A stretch of 64,000 nt of DNA from Octopus vulgaris (Eukaryota): assembly GCA_951406725.2 (NCBI GenBank), contig OX597831.1, positions 69,874,001 through 69,938,000 on the forward strand. The letters are read 5' to 3'. Positions 1-12,030 of the stretch are shown in pieces. The notes beneath the pieces are model-generated. The model made no database searches, was not told the DNA's origin, and saw only the letters and a program-made list of their open reading frames with translations. Every line of letters begins with the position of its first letter. Positions within the stretch are counted from its first letter, which is position 1. A program made the position numbers and the translations under genes.

Positions 1-661
1 GAATCCACTTTTCATTGCAAGTTACAATATAGGTGAGAAATGGATCGGTCTGGTTACAGAGAAGAAACAACAAGCGAATTTCATATCTGCACGTTTTCTG
101 ATTTTCATTCAAATCGTGTGGTACCCATTTGTCAAGCTTTTTTGATTTTCCAATCACATACAAATGGTTGCAGACAGTTTTCTGGCTAACTTGCAGTTCT
201 TTTGTCAGTTCTTGAGTGGTTTTACATGGATATTTCTCAATGATGGTCTTTAATTGATCATTATTGATGACAGATGGGCGTTCATTATGCTTACGATCTT
301 CAAAGCCCAGATCTCCACTGCAAAATCGTTTAAACCATTTTCGAGCTGACCACTCACTGGTCATTTCCTCACCTAACATTTTGTTGATATCGCAAGTAGT
401 TTCAGCTGCTTTACATCCTTTTTTGAAGTTCAATAGCAAAATTACTCAAATATCACACTTTGACAGTTCCAATTCAGATGACTGTAACAACGGTGAAAAA
501 ATATCAATATTAATTTATTGATGCATTTGGGTAGGTCTATATCTGTATTATCAGACAAGTTTTTTAAAATGTTTATAAAAAAAAAAATTCAAAAGTCTGC
601 AAAACTCTGGTACAAATTCTTCATGGTTCAAAATGTTGCTTACTTTTAACTCAACCTGATA
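1..661 (-). mobile_element. Decayed mariner transposon, 5' part (TIR plus transposase N-terminus), continues past the window start
   Basis: Minus strand of 1-475 reads ...KAAETTCDINKMLGEEMTSEWSARKWFKRFCSGD...GKSKKLDKWVPHDL...DPFLTYIVTCNEKWI (WVPHEL and TxDEKW motifs, one stop). Mariner-like TIR TATCAGGTTGAGTTAAAAGTAAG on the minus strand at about 638-661. Confidence 0.9.
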
Positions 662-960
662 TTACATTTCACTTGCAGCTTCTGGAAAAATAAAAGACAA
701 AGCAGTCTGTGATTTTGGTTTTAAGCACAAAAGGCATAATTAGATATTGCAGAATTTGTGTGGTGCTCAAGTGATTCAGCTGTCTGTTAATAACTGATAT
801 GTAAATTGTTCTTTGCATGTTAGCAATAATGATTTCTCATAATGGTGTGAAGGAATGCACCAGTGACCAACTACAGAACTCAATGGTAATGGTTGTATTT
901 TTTTTATTTATTACATATTCTGAATTCAAATCCTCATCTCCACTATGTTTCTTCAGAACA

Positions 961-977
961 ATACACACACACACACA

Positions 978-1019
<42 letters not shown>

Positions 1020-1140
1020 CACACACACACACACACACACACACACAGGCACATACACACACGCACATATACACACACACAGACACACACACATGCACAC
1101 ACACACACAGACACACACACATGCACACACACACACACAT
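961..1140. repeat. (CA)n microsatellite
   Basis: Direct reading; explains the HT/CV ORFs at 817-1301. Confidence 0.95.
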
Positions 1141-1199
1141 GGGTGCATATGTATATCGAATGTTGCCAAACACAATACACTTCCTCACATTGCTGTTGT

Positions 1200-1425
1200 T
1201 TACAGATGATGCCAGCCTGCTGCTGGCTAGGCAGCAGCCAGGTCAACGTTTTCCCTGAACAGAATCCCAGTCCATTGCAGTGTTACCCATTTACAACTTA
1301 ATGGACTGAAACAAAGTGACATGAAGTGCCTTTTCTCAAGAACACAATGCACCACCAGTCTGTGGTTTTGATTGTGGAATCAAAACCACAATCTTGTGAT
1401 TGTAAGCATAACACACTAAACCATA
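1200..1425 (-). mobile_element. Degraded tRNA-derived SINE
   Basis: Similar to 58010-58345 (ATGAAGTGCCTTTTCTCAAGAACAC versus ATAAAGTGTCTTGCTCAAGAACAC). Confidence 0.5.
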
Positions 1426-1498
1426 CACTAAACCATAACACTAAACCATACACCCTCGCACACTCACACCTGTTTATAAATGTAATATATTTATATTT

Positions 1499-1800
1499 TG
1501 TTGTTGTTGTTCCTTCTCTAGCAACGCCTGGCTCATAAGGGTCGGTTTCCCGGTTTCTTGGCGTATAGATTCCCCACCTGAACAGGACGCTGGTCCGTCG
1601 CAACTGAGCTGCGAGATGCAGGAGGAAAGAGTGAGAGAAAGTTGTGGCGAAAGAGTCAGCAGAAGTTTCGCCATTACCTTCTGCCGGAGCTGCGTGGAGC
1701 TTAGGTGTTTCACTCATAAACATCACCCGGTCTGAGATTCGAACCCGCGATCTTTCGACTGTGAGTCCGCTGCTCTAACCACTAGGCCATGTGCCTCCAC
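1499..1800 (-). mobile_element. tRNA-derived SINE, octopus OR-like head, (CAA)n tail
   Basis: Minus strand GGAGGCACATGGCCTAGTGGTTAGAGC...GGTTCGAATC (Pol III A and B boxes); 10-bp TSD ATTTATATTT at 1489-1498 and 1801-1810. Confidence 0.9.
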
Positions 1801-3286
1801 ATTTATATTTATATCAGTTTAAACTATTCTAATTTGGAGCGGTCTCTGCAGCATTATCTTGATTGTCATTTGAAGCAATTTCCCTTTTTATATTAATGTA
1901 CTCGGGAATGATATGAACATTACAACTTCCATTTTCCCATTCTCTTAAAATGTGGTACAAAATTGTGATTAACTATGAAAAACTAATAAATAAATTTTCT
2001 GTGAATAAAATAAGCATTGACATAAATTTGACATAACAATTGTATTTGGATTAAATTGAAATATAAAATTACTGAAAATAATAATTGCTGCAAAATAACA
2101 TATGAATAACATTTGTTTTAATTCATTATTGAATTTTAATAATATGGTTGTTTTATCACAATAATTTAAAAATTTTATCATATTTTTGTTTTTTTGTGTG
2201 TTTAATTATTTACTTCCGAGAGTATTAGAAAGAGTTTTTTTCTTTCTTTTGTGTTAATTCAACATTTGACAAATGTTGTTATCAATAGACACCGGAATGT
2301 GTAAAAAAAATAGTTTTCACCACAATTTAGAAATAATTGATGGAAATCAAGCGATTATATCTCTAATGATATTTTATTCTATTTTATTATTTTCTTTTTT
2401 AATATTATAAACACTGTATAACTCTTTCCTAGATAGATTTTCATTAATATCTTTGGACTTGACTCAATGATTATATAGTGGTATCTTTTGATGCATATGA
2501 ATTGCATTAAAATTAATGTTTGCACTAATGTATGATAATGGCTATGATTGAGTCAGTTGACCTAACCATTGATTTGCTGATGCTTTGAGATCACCGACAC
2601 TCTGTGCCTTCTTTTGGTTTGGTGATCTAAAAAATCTGGAAGATCAAGTAAATATACGAAAATGTAGCTGTGATTAAAGATTACTTAGCATACCATTACT
2701 TTATTATATCTAAAAGATAATTAATTTTAATGAAATAGAGGCCATAAACTTACTTTTTCCTGGACGTTCTTGATTTTGTTTTTATTATATGAAGAAGTAC
2801 ATTTGAATTTATTCCTGGTTCTATGAAACTAATAATAAAACGTCTAAGCTTCTACTGTGGATTAAATTCTTAAGATATGTTTGATGATATTTCTTTGAGC
2901 AAGTTTAATCAATTGCACATAATATAGTTCACAATAGCACCAATACAATCTATTGTACATTTTTTCTTTTCTTTCTTTTTATTCATTTACCAATCATACT
3001 ATACGACAAGGATAGAAATCTATACTTTTCTTTGGTGTTCACAGAGAAGGATCAATTTATTAAAATAGTTGCCTGTTATAGGCAAGCAGTAAAGGCCTAG
3101 AAGAATATTAAGATATTTTCAAACAGAATTTCATTCTTTGGCTTTATGCTGTTTTTATTACATTACAGCTTAGAAATATTTTTGCTGTCTGGTGTTCATA
3201 GGTGATGGGGTTGTTTGGTTAGGTTATTGTAGTTACTTGATGAAAAATTCACTTCTATGAAACTTAAACTGATTCAATTATTGCAG

Positions 3287-3359
3287 GCCATTTATTGCAT
3301 TTTACTTTTCTGGATATAGGCGCCAAAACACTTGGACATTTATTCGTAAATTGAAGCAG
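3287..3359 (+). CDS. Candidate internal coding exon of an unidentified host gene, (x)PFIAFYFSGYRRQNTWTFIRKLKQ
   Basis: TTATTGCAG acceptor, CAG|GTATTG donor, 73 nt, open frame, non-repetitive surroundings. Protein not recognised. Confidence 0.4.
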
Positions 3360-4262
3360 GTATTGAAGCAATATATTCTTTAAATAATGGAGGTGAACTT
3401 CTGCAATCAAAATGACAGGAAAAAAAATCTAGAATTTTCTGGTAAAATTATTTTGTGTTTTAAAATGGTTCAGAAATAAAATATTTTAGTCTGCAGGAAA
3501 AATTGTTTTCTAATTTCTAAAATATTGCCATCAGTGATTAAAATCACTTCATAATAAAGTTTTGGGAATAAACCAGAACGTCTTTGATTAAAAGCTGGAT
3601 AACAGAGAAATTATATCATTCATGCAGTTTCTTAGATTATTAGCAAACTCATTATAAGAGCAGATCCTATTATGAAGCACAGCTGATTTATTTGTTTATT
3701 ACACTACAGCAGATACCATAGTAATATAATGCTAACCATTCTTAGATTGGCCATATTCTTATGACCATCTTCTCATTTTTTTCTAGTATAGAGCAAACAC
3801 ATAACAGTTTCCTTCTTGCTAGCAACAACAAAGAAAATCAGCTTTAGCAATTTATCACTCTTGACAACAACATAACACATTGAGGGCACAAAGATATTAG
3901 GAAGTACATACAACACCTCTACAGACATCTCAGCAGATATAGAAGATGTAATAGTAAAAAAACAACATGTAACACCAACACAAATTCCCTCGATTCTTCC
4001 TCTCTGAAGATGGAATAGTTGGCTTTTACATGGAAATCTTTGCACATTCAGATATGTGGCATATGCACAGCTACCCTAGAAACAGCTGTAAGAGACTTTG
4101 TACATTACTTCTTAATCACATATTTTCTCTAACAATTTCGTCTGAATTCTAAATTACATACTCCCAAATGATACCACATATTTTGTATGTTCATTCTTCC
4201 TTTCTAATATATGTGTGTGTTTATACACACATGCACACACACACACACACACACACTATACA

Positions 4263-4289
<27 letters not shown>

Positions 4290-4300
<11 letters not shown>

Positions 4301-4435
4301 ATTGAGGTAATCAGATCAGATGGTTCATATTTGTAGATATTTATTTATATATTACATTTTTTACATATATATCATATCATTCGGATTAGTGCTTGCTCCC
4401 ATTCTAGTGGGTTTTCAAATCTAGTGGGTTTTCAA

Positions 4436-4440
<5 letters not shown>
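4290..4440 (+). repeat. (TA)n-inserted interspersed repeat, same family as 7730-7880 (-) and 56552-56892
   Basis: Shared ATTAGAA..TGAGGTA.TCAGA...GATGGTT.ATATTT..AGATATTTATTT...TTCTAGTGGGGTTTTCAAAT; here with a 17-bp tandem duplication at the end. Confidence 0.7.
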
Positions 4441-4466
<26 letters not shown>

Positions 4467-4497
4467 TACACACACACATATATATATACACATACAT

Positions 4498-5255
4498 ACA
4501 AGGTGTGTCCAAAGAGTATCCAACTTCATTTTCTCCTGCCAAAACTAATGTTGCATGGGCAAAATCTTTTGGCTGGGAGGTGAGGCCATCCTCCCTGTGC
4601 ATGCATGAACATTTTCATGCTGGTAAGTTGCATCAGTCCTTGGCTGTTATGCCTAGTGTACAGATGTGTACTGCAGGGTTGTCAGATTTTCATTTTCAGG
4701 CAAGATGATCCTATACATCGAATAGAGATCAAAAACCCATGTTTCATCACCACTGATGATGGTCACGAAGTCTGGATCATGGTTTGCACAGTCCAACATG
4801 TTCTGAGTGATTTCCATGCTGAGTTGCTCCTGCTGCTCTACCAGCACTTTGGGACCGAATTTTGCTGACACTCTCCTCATGCACACATCTTTCATTGAAA
4901 TGGAATGCACTGACTCCGTGCTTATTCCCACTTCTTGAGCAATTTCCTGGGTTGCTACTCGATAATCTTCATGACCATTTGCCAAACCTTTTGAACTTGC
5001 TTCCCGTTTTGGCTTGTGGAATTCCTGCCTGAGCATGCCTCGTTCTCTACTGTGGTTCAGCTATGTTTGAAGGGGTTGTACCACTCCTTGATCTGAGTTT
5101 TGTTCTTGACACCATCATTGAAGGCTGGAATATTTTGGATGGTTTAAGCTTTTGGCAAAACTTGATGCAATATCTCTGCTTGATGCCTTCTGTGAAAACG
5201 AATATCCAATGAGCATGCACTACATGTCTGTATGTTGGGCATAACAGCCAGAAAC
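4498..5255 (-). mobile_element. Internally rearranged mariner element
   Basis: QRYCIKFCQKL (HTH start), RRVSAKFGPKVL and ISGDETWVF motifs in ORFs 4653-5036 and 5047-5352; 4640-4680 is an inverted copy of 5215-5250. Confidence 0.8.
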
Positions 5256-5525
5256 TAACAATAAACAACACCTTAATAGATAAACCCAAGACTAAAGGAG
5301 TGACATCCTCCTCTTTTGTTAGAAGTAGAGATAATTGGGTCCCTGGAGTCAATCATTCCTTCCCCCTCTACTAACCTCTAATTTTTCTGTCCTCATTAAA
5401 TATACACTATTCTGTTAAAACCATTCTGTCAACTGAAATAGTAGCAAAATCACTGAAAATGTTTTGCTCCATGGATTTTAAACTATGTTAAATCATTTTG
5501 CGTGTCCTTAATTTTAATGTTCATG

Positions 5526-5614
5526 AATTCATCTGATGAAAACGGTTTCTTTATAATGATGTAACATTTTCATTAATCAATTAAAGGAGTCATTTGAAAT
5601 GGCTGTAACAGATT
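5526..5614 (+). ncRNA. Degenerate type I hammerhead ribozyme motif
   Basis: AATTCAT-CTGATGA-AAACGGTTTCTTT...AAAGGAGTCATTT-GAAA-TGGCTG-TA-ACAGATT; stem II pairs 12 of 13 counting G-U; stems I and III eroded. Confidence 0.5.
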
Positions 5615-5916
5615 GACATCTGTACCTCTGCTATTACCCATTTATATTTCATTCACCTGTCTTGGAATCTGCCCTTTGTAAACATGATAGACTGTATATT
5701 TAATATAATGTACATGTCTGATTAGCTCAAGAGCGGATTTCTTCACTCGGCTGAGTCTAATTGTCTACATACACTGCAGGAATATTGACATGTCATAAAA
5801 AAAAACAACATGTAACACCAACACAAATTTCCTTGATTCTTCCTCTCTGAAGATGGAATAGTTGGCTTTTACATGGAAATCTTTACACATTCAGATATGC
5901 AGAATATGCACAGCTA

Positions 5917-6171
5917 CTTCTTTCCACAAGGCCTTAGAGTTAACTCTGCCACCTACACTGAGGTCCTGGAAATAATTAAGGCCTAAATAGACAGTGTATG
6001 CAATGGAAGGCCATATGTGTTTCAGTAAGACTATGTACTATCTCACGTGGCTCTAGCAACACAGGAATTGATGGCTGAGATTTTTCATGATCACATAATC
6101 CTAACATTTGGCCTCCTAATTCCCCAAATTTCAATCCATTGGACTATTACATGTGAAGCATTGTTGAGAGT

Positions 6172-6212
<41 letters not shown>

Positions 6213-6480
6213 GTTTATGAACACACGCATAACAGCAAAGATTCTTTGAATGCTACCATAGTCACAAAATGAACCAGGACCACTCGATTCGAGCATGTAG
6301 ATGATTTAGATCTCATATAGAAGCAGTTGTTGAAGCTGAAAGTGGCTTTATTGAATAACATTAAAGAAAAGAAGGTTTATTTTTATCCTCATAGCATTTT
6401 TTGATAAATAGAGTTATCTGTTACATATCTGTCTTTCTTATAAACATAAACCTGTCCTCAAATATACTATGCACCCTGTA
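5917..6480 (+). mobile_element. maT/DD37D-like Tc1-mariner transposon, 3' part with terminal repeat
   Basis: FFPQGLRVNSATYTEVL...RPYVFQ*D...WPPNSPNFNPLDYY...FRSHIEAVVEAESGFIE*, with stops and a (GA)n insertion; ends ...GCACCCTG-TA. Confidence 0.85.
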
Positions 6481-6544
6481 TATATATATATATATATATA
6501 CACACGCACACACAAACACACACACATGCACACACACACACACA

Positions 6545-6775
6545 CGGAGGCGCAATGGCCTAGTGGTTAGGGCAGCGGACTTGCGGTCGGAGGATCGCAG
6601 TTTCGATTCCCAGACCGGGCGTTGTGTGTGTTTATTGAGCGAAAAAACACCTAAAAGCTCCACGAGGCTCCGGCAGGAGGTGGTGATCCCTGCTGTACTC
6701 TTTCACCACTCTAAAGGCGGTGCTCCAGCATGGCCGCAGTCAAATGACTGAAACAAGTACAAAAAAAAAAAAAAA
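6545..6775 (+). mobile_element. Chimeric SINE: OR-like tRNA head joined to the 3' tail of the second SINE family
   Basis: Head matches 29343 and 36239 copies; from 6713 AAAGGCGGTGCTCCAGCATGGCCGCAGTCAAATGACTGAAACAAGTA matches 61866-61912. Confidence 0.85.
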
Positions 6776-6786
6776 TATATATATAT

Positions 6787-6871
6787 ACAGGGTGCATAAT
6801 ATATTTGAGGACAGGTTTACATTTATAAGAAAGACAGATATGTAACAGATAACTCTATTTATCAAAAAATG
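6787..6871 (-). repeat. Inverted copy of the maT element terminus (6396-6480)
   Basis: TACAGGGTGCATAATATATTTGAGGACAGG...TATCAAAAAATG is the near reverse complement of 6396-6480. Confidence 0.9.
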
Positions 6872-6877
6872 GTATGA

Positions 6878-6946
<69 letters not shown>

Positions 6947-7068
6947 CAATTCAGTAACACATAGAGAAAAAGAATCACCAACAATTATGTGTAGTTATAT
7001 TTCTGAAGTGACACACACACACACACACAGACATGTATGCATGTATGTAGGTACATTTGTATTATATA

Positions 7069-7133
<65 letters not shown>

Positions 7134-7166
7134 ATATATATATGTATGTATATATATATATGTATG

Positions 7167-7209
<43 letters not shown>

Positions 7210-7688
7210 ATGTATATATATATATTCAAATATATGTATACCTGTGTATGTATATGTATAGCCGTGTAAACTATTACATGGTAGATAACTTAACTGCTGG
7301 CTATCTATTCTAAATTGTTTCTTTACTTTTCATCTTGTTTTGTATTTTTTCATTCTATGTAAGAGTGGACTTGCATTATATATTTTCGCATTTTCTTTAT
7401 GAAAAATAGTCTCTGAAAATGTGTTTCTTACATCTTATGTAATAGTGTGATGATGTGGAAATTATTCAAACAATTGCACGAAAGAAAACAGAAAACTCCA
7501 TCATATTTCACTTATGGTGTTTTCTGTTCTTATTTCTTATATATTTTTATGGTGTGTTGTTGGCTATGTTCAGAATAGCTGCTACAATATACATGGATAT
7601 GCATTCACACATGTGGAATTGGTATTTTAACATGCATACTAAGTACTTCATAATGGGTTGGTTGTGCACTCACACACACATAGCATGA

Positions 7689-7729
<41 letters not shown>

Positions 7730-7732
<3 letters not shown>

Positions 7733-7880
7733 CAATTTGAAAACTCCACCAGAATGGACGAAAGCGCAAATATACGATATATGATATAAGTTATATGATG
7801 TATAAAAACATGTAATATACAAATAAATATCTGTAAATATAAAACCATCCGAATTTCTGAGTACCTCATTTCTTCTAATA
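7730..7880 (-). repeat. (TA)n-inserted repeat family (see 56552-56892)
   Basis: TAAGTTATATGATGTATAAAAACATGTAATATACAAATAAATATCTGTAAATATAAAACCATCCGAA is identical to 56824-56890. Confidence 0.85.
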
Positions 7881-7908
7881 TAAAATACCTGTACATCATC
7901 TCCAAACC

Positions 7909-7982
<74 letters not shown>

Positions 7983-8480
7983 TATAAGCAAAATATTCAA
8001 AAACTGAGATTTGAAATCAGATGTCACTACTATATTATCTGTGGATAAATTTTAAAATTAATGATATCACCAGCAATGACATAGGTCGGTCGCAGGTGTA
8101 ATACCATTAAGTAGCTATGAATTATAAATTTGTACGAAGTGTAAGGATGCTTAACAAGCATCCACCTGCTAGAAATAAGAGCTAAAGTCTTAAATTTATC
8201 CACCGTACTGCACCAAGATAACAGAGAAAAACATTATGTGAGGAAACCAGAAAGGATTAAAACATTTAACAGCACAAATAAAAATATTATGCAATTAAGG
8301 ATATCCACAAATCAGGTTTTGGCTTCTGAGTATATAAACCCTGAGCCTCATCAGTGTGATCTACCGGGTCATAATCCATAACTGTCACGTTAAACCCTGT
8401 GCAACTGGTTTTGTTTTGTGCCAAAAACAGAGCACATGGTGCATAAAATTTTATAAGCAAAACATTCTAACACTGAGATT
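7983..8480 (-). mobile_element. About 470-bp non-coding element with 28-bp terminal direct repeats and a degenerate hammerhead
   Basis: TATAAGCAAAA(T/C)ATTC(A/T)AA(A/C)ACTGAGATT at both ends; minus strand 8303-8360 reads ATCACA-CTGATGA-GGCT...AGCC-AAAA-CCTGA-TT-TGTGGAT. Confidence 0.6.
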
Positions 8481-8671
8481 ACACACATATATATATATTT
8501 AATAGATATATAAGTATAAGGGGGTGTGCTTCTGTATGTGTATGTTACTGTCTGCTTGCCTTGACGTCATGTGATAGTTGTATACAAGTGTCACAGCAAT
8601 GCAAGCAGTGCCCTTTTTCCCCATTTTCTGTGAAAACATAACTAGTCATGGGGGAAGCAGGTGAAGGTTGG

Positions 8672-8898
8672 TGAGCTGGCTGAAACGTTAGCACGCCGGG
8701 TGAAATGCTTTGCGGCATTTCGTCTGCAGCTACGTTCTGAGTTCAAATTCCACCGAGGTCGACTTTGCCTTTCATCCTTTCGGGGTTGATTAAATAAGTA
8801 CCAGTTACACACTGGAATCGATATAATGGACTTAATCCGTTTGTCTGTCCTTGTTTGTCTTCTCTGTGTTTAGTCCTTTGTGGGTAGTAAAGAAATAG
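8672..8898 (+). mobile_element. SINE with GTCGACTTTGCCTTTCATCCTTTCGGGG core (resembles the Meta-type SINE core), monomer
   Basis: Matches the unit of the 20.2-21.7 kb array; flanking duplication AGGTGAAGGTTGGTG. Confidence 0.85.
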
Positions 8899-9004
8899 GT
8901 GAAGGTTGGTGGGAAAATATGTATCCAGCCAGAGAAAATCCATCTCAATAAATTCTGTCTAATCCATGCTTGCATAGGCCCAATGTTAAACAATGAGGCA
9001 ATAA

Positions 9005-9128
9005 TTTTTTTCTACTCTAGGCACAAGGCCCGAAATTTTGGGGGAGGTGGCCAGTAGATTAGATCGACCTTAGTATGCAACTGGTACTTAATTTATCGAC
9101 CCCAAAAGGGTAAAAGGCAAAGTCTATA
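9005..9128 (-). mobile_element. 3' fragment of the same SINE family with the alternative CCTTGTGCCTAGAGTAGA tail
   Basis: Reverse complement matches 21610-21730. Confidence 0.7.
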
Positions 9129-9129
9129 T

Positions 9130-9700
9130 TCCATGGTAATTTTTGAATGTCTAGTTCAACTTCCCACATTTTAAATCCTCCTTTAAATTTTGTAACTATT
9201 TCCCTCTGCTTCTTGTCCAACAACAGGCAGCAATGCCACCCTTGTACATTGTCGGACTTGCGAGTGTCCACCACTCTTATATTTTTCCACCTTTTTATTT
9301 CTTCACCCAGGTCCTTATTCATATCGTCATAACATAACAGCAAAGTTAATTCTTTTCTTTTGGTGGGAAGTGGGGAGGTTGAACGGCTTGTGTCTGACTG
9401 TATTTGTTTTTGTGTTGGAGGGGGGCGGGTAGGAGGCAGAGGGTCAGTGGGTGTTGGGTGGGGTGGGGTTCTGTATTTATTTTACCTGGTTTCCTCCTTT
9501 TTCTTTTCCTTTTCTTGCCTGGTGTCACGCATTCGCCTTCTGTTCTGCTTTCCTCTTCTTCTGTTTCTGCTGGTGGTGTTATTTTTTCCTTTTCCCTTGC
9601 CAGTTCTTCCTTTCTCTTTTTGTCTTGTAGAAGGCAGTTTGCTCTAATGTGGCTATTCTGGCATTGCAAATAGAGATGGTACAGAAACAATTGTAACTTA
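9130..9700 (-). mobile_element. Possible LINE ORF1 (gag-like) remnant
   Basis: ORFs 9346-9690 and 9059-9343 contain a zinc-knuckle-like QCQNSHIRANC followed by a charged, basic linker. Weak evidence. Confidence 0.3.
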
Positions 9701-9916
9701 TAATTAAAGATGTGTTAAAGAATTTTCTTTGTCTTCTTCTTTTCATTGGATTACTTACTCTTTTCCAAACTCATTTTACGGCATAACCACCATGAAACTT
9801 GGATTTTCTACACATGAAGAATTCCAGCTTTGGCCTGAAACCTGACAGCATTGATAGCCCAGTATTCAGGTTAAGTGCTTCCCTAGAAATACCTCAACTT
9901 CACACCTCACCTGACC

Positions 9917-9955
<39 letters not shown>

Positions 9956-10364
9956 GTTCATCTCCTGTGTTCCTGCCTTTAGACCTTCACTTCATACACA
10001 CCAGCTCAATTTGATTCGTTCTGTGTTGAAAGACACTTGTTATTTCTTGCTGTTTGTAATTGTAATTGTGTACCATATTGTCCGTTTTTTGTTTGATTTT
10101 TGTCTTTGTTGCTGTACATATTCACTAGCTTTCTTACAAAGGGCCTAATGCTTGGAGTTTGGGGGCAACCAGCTCGAACAATCTCAAGTGTAACTGCCCG
10201 AAATATTCATGACTTTGGGGCTAGACTGAGGAAAGAAAGCCACGAATGACCCGTCTTTTTTTGCCTGTCCTTCTAATTGTTGTTTCTGTTGTCTGTCTTT
10301 GTATCATCTATCCGTCCTGTTTTAATGTCCTCTACTTCATTTCTGTTCCATTTATATATTCATA

Positions 10365-10411
<47 letters not shown>

Positions 10412-11399
10412 TATAATATAATATAATATGATACAATACGATACGATACGATACGATACGATACGATACGATATGATATAATATAATATAATATATAATA
10501 TACACACACTAACACACACAAATCTGAAAGACAGATGGAACAAGAAATAGTGATTTAAACAAGAGAAAGATCTTCCAATCAAAATATATTTACAGAGTAT
10601 TTAATAGTTCTGTGTATAAGGACAATTGAATGAAAGTGTATATGTTATGGTATTTAAAATCATTTCAGTTTTATTGAGAAAAAGTTTCTTGAACTTTAAC
10701 TTAATGCATAAACAGCAATATTTGTTATTTCTTCATGTAAATGTTTGTATTGAATGTGAATTTTTGATTAGTGCTTTGTTTATCTATGTTGTGCTTTTAA
10801 TTCACTTTAATTACAGTATCAATTAGCTTCTAATTAAAGCTATATGCACATTTAGAATCATTATGGTATTTTTGATGAACTTGTTTGATTAAATTTGTTG
10901 CATCTTTCCTTTTCCTGCAAAAATCAGTTATTTTTTGTTATTTTTGTAATTGTTTTGCCAAAAATCAATTGAATCTTATTCAAGAGATAGAAAAAAATGA
11001 TAATTTAAGATTTACATTAGTAATATTCAGCAAAGAAATTATTTTTATTTATGTCCTCATAACTGTTGTCATTATAATTTTTTTTTATTTGTGATGATTT
11101 AAAACTAAATCCTCACAAATTGTTTTCGTTTTCTTACTGCTTGAATATATTTGAATAAAGAAAAAAATCTTGAATATATCTTGTTTTATTCAATTGTGTG
11201 TTGTTCCAACTGGATGTAGTATGCTGCTGTATTTGTTCAAGGCTTATAATTTGCATTTCTCTCTCAACTTGACTCCCTTGGGCATTATATTCTATTTTCA
11301 TGTTATCAATTTTGCATTTTGTTCTGTTTCCTTTTATCGATATTTTTTATTATTTATGGTTTTCCAAGGCATTTTTGTCATGTTTATTTTTTAAAAGAT

Positions 11400-12030
11400 T
11401 CTTTTATGCAAAGCATTTTGAAAAAGGTTTGCTTTGAATTTCATAGAAATTTCTTACCTCTTTTGAAACAATGAAAAATTCCTAGAGAAATGTGAAAACA
11501 TCATGGCTATAATAAGCTTAAAACTTTTCAGTCTATTAATGACAAGCAAAGTAATTGGTAAAAGCTCGTGTTTGTTTAATTGCCCCTTTCATGTTTTAAG
11601 ATCAAATCCTTCTTAGATTGATTAAATACACATCAGTCGTATACTGACTGAAACAAGTCAGTTTTTGAATTCAACAAATTTGGAGCAGCCAAGATATAAC
11701 TGTACCAACGAACATTCTCGTTGTCAACTATTCTCAGTTCACTTTATTCAAATTGGAGCAACTCATATTTAGAGTCAACATAAAATATTTGAGCTCAATT
11801 ATTCCTCAAATAAAATTATATTATCGGTCAAAAATTCTATCAGACATAATATGCAAATTGAGATGCACATCATCAGAATTTTAGTGTTTTTATGACTCTG
11901 AGAATAGATGAATACCATCGTATCTCCCTCGACCCAGTCTTGCAGAAAATCAATCAGCTCATCAACAAACTCTGCTCTAGTAAATTTGTAGCTACTGATT
12001 ATCAGTGTTTTATCACTTATCAAAGAGCAT
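11400..12030 (-). pseudogene. Possible highly decayed DNA transposase (hAT-like)
   Basis: Protein-like fragments such as FVDELIDFLQDW and VRWYSYILAA (hAT RW-S-like); frames broken. Confidence 0.3.

Noticed and set aside
1730-1800. tRNA genes here and at other A/B box sites
   Set aside because: They are SINE heads continuing into repeat bodies with TSDs.
2587-2630. bantam-like seed (TGAGATCA) in a hairpin
   Set aside because: Only about 10 bp of stem, the seed is on the 5' arm and the rest does not match.
4000-4060. CTGAAGA...GAAA hammerhead in the duplicated 120-mer
   Set aside because: Stem I does not pair and stem II is out of register.
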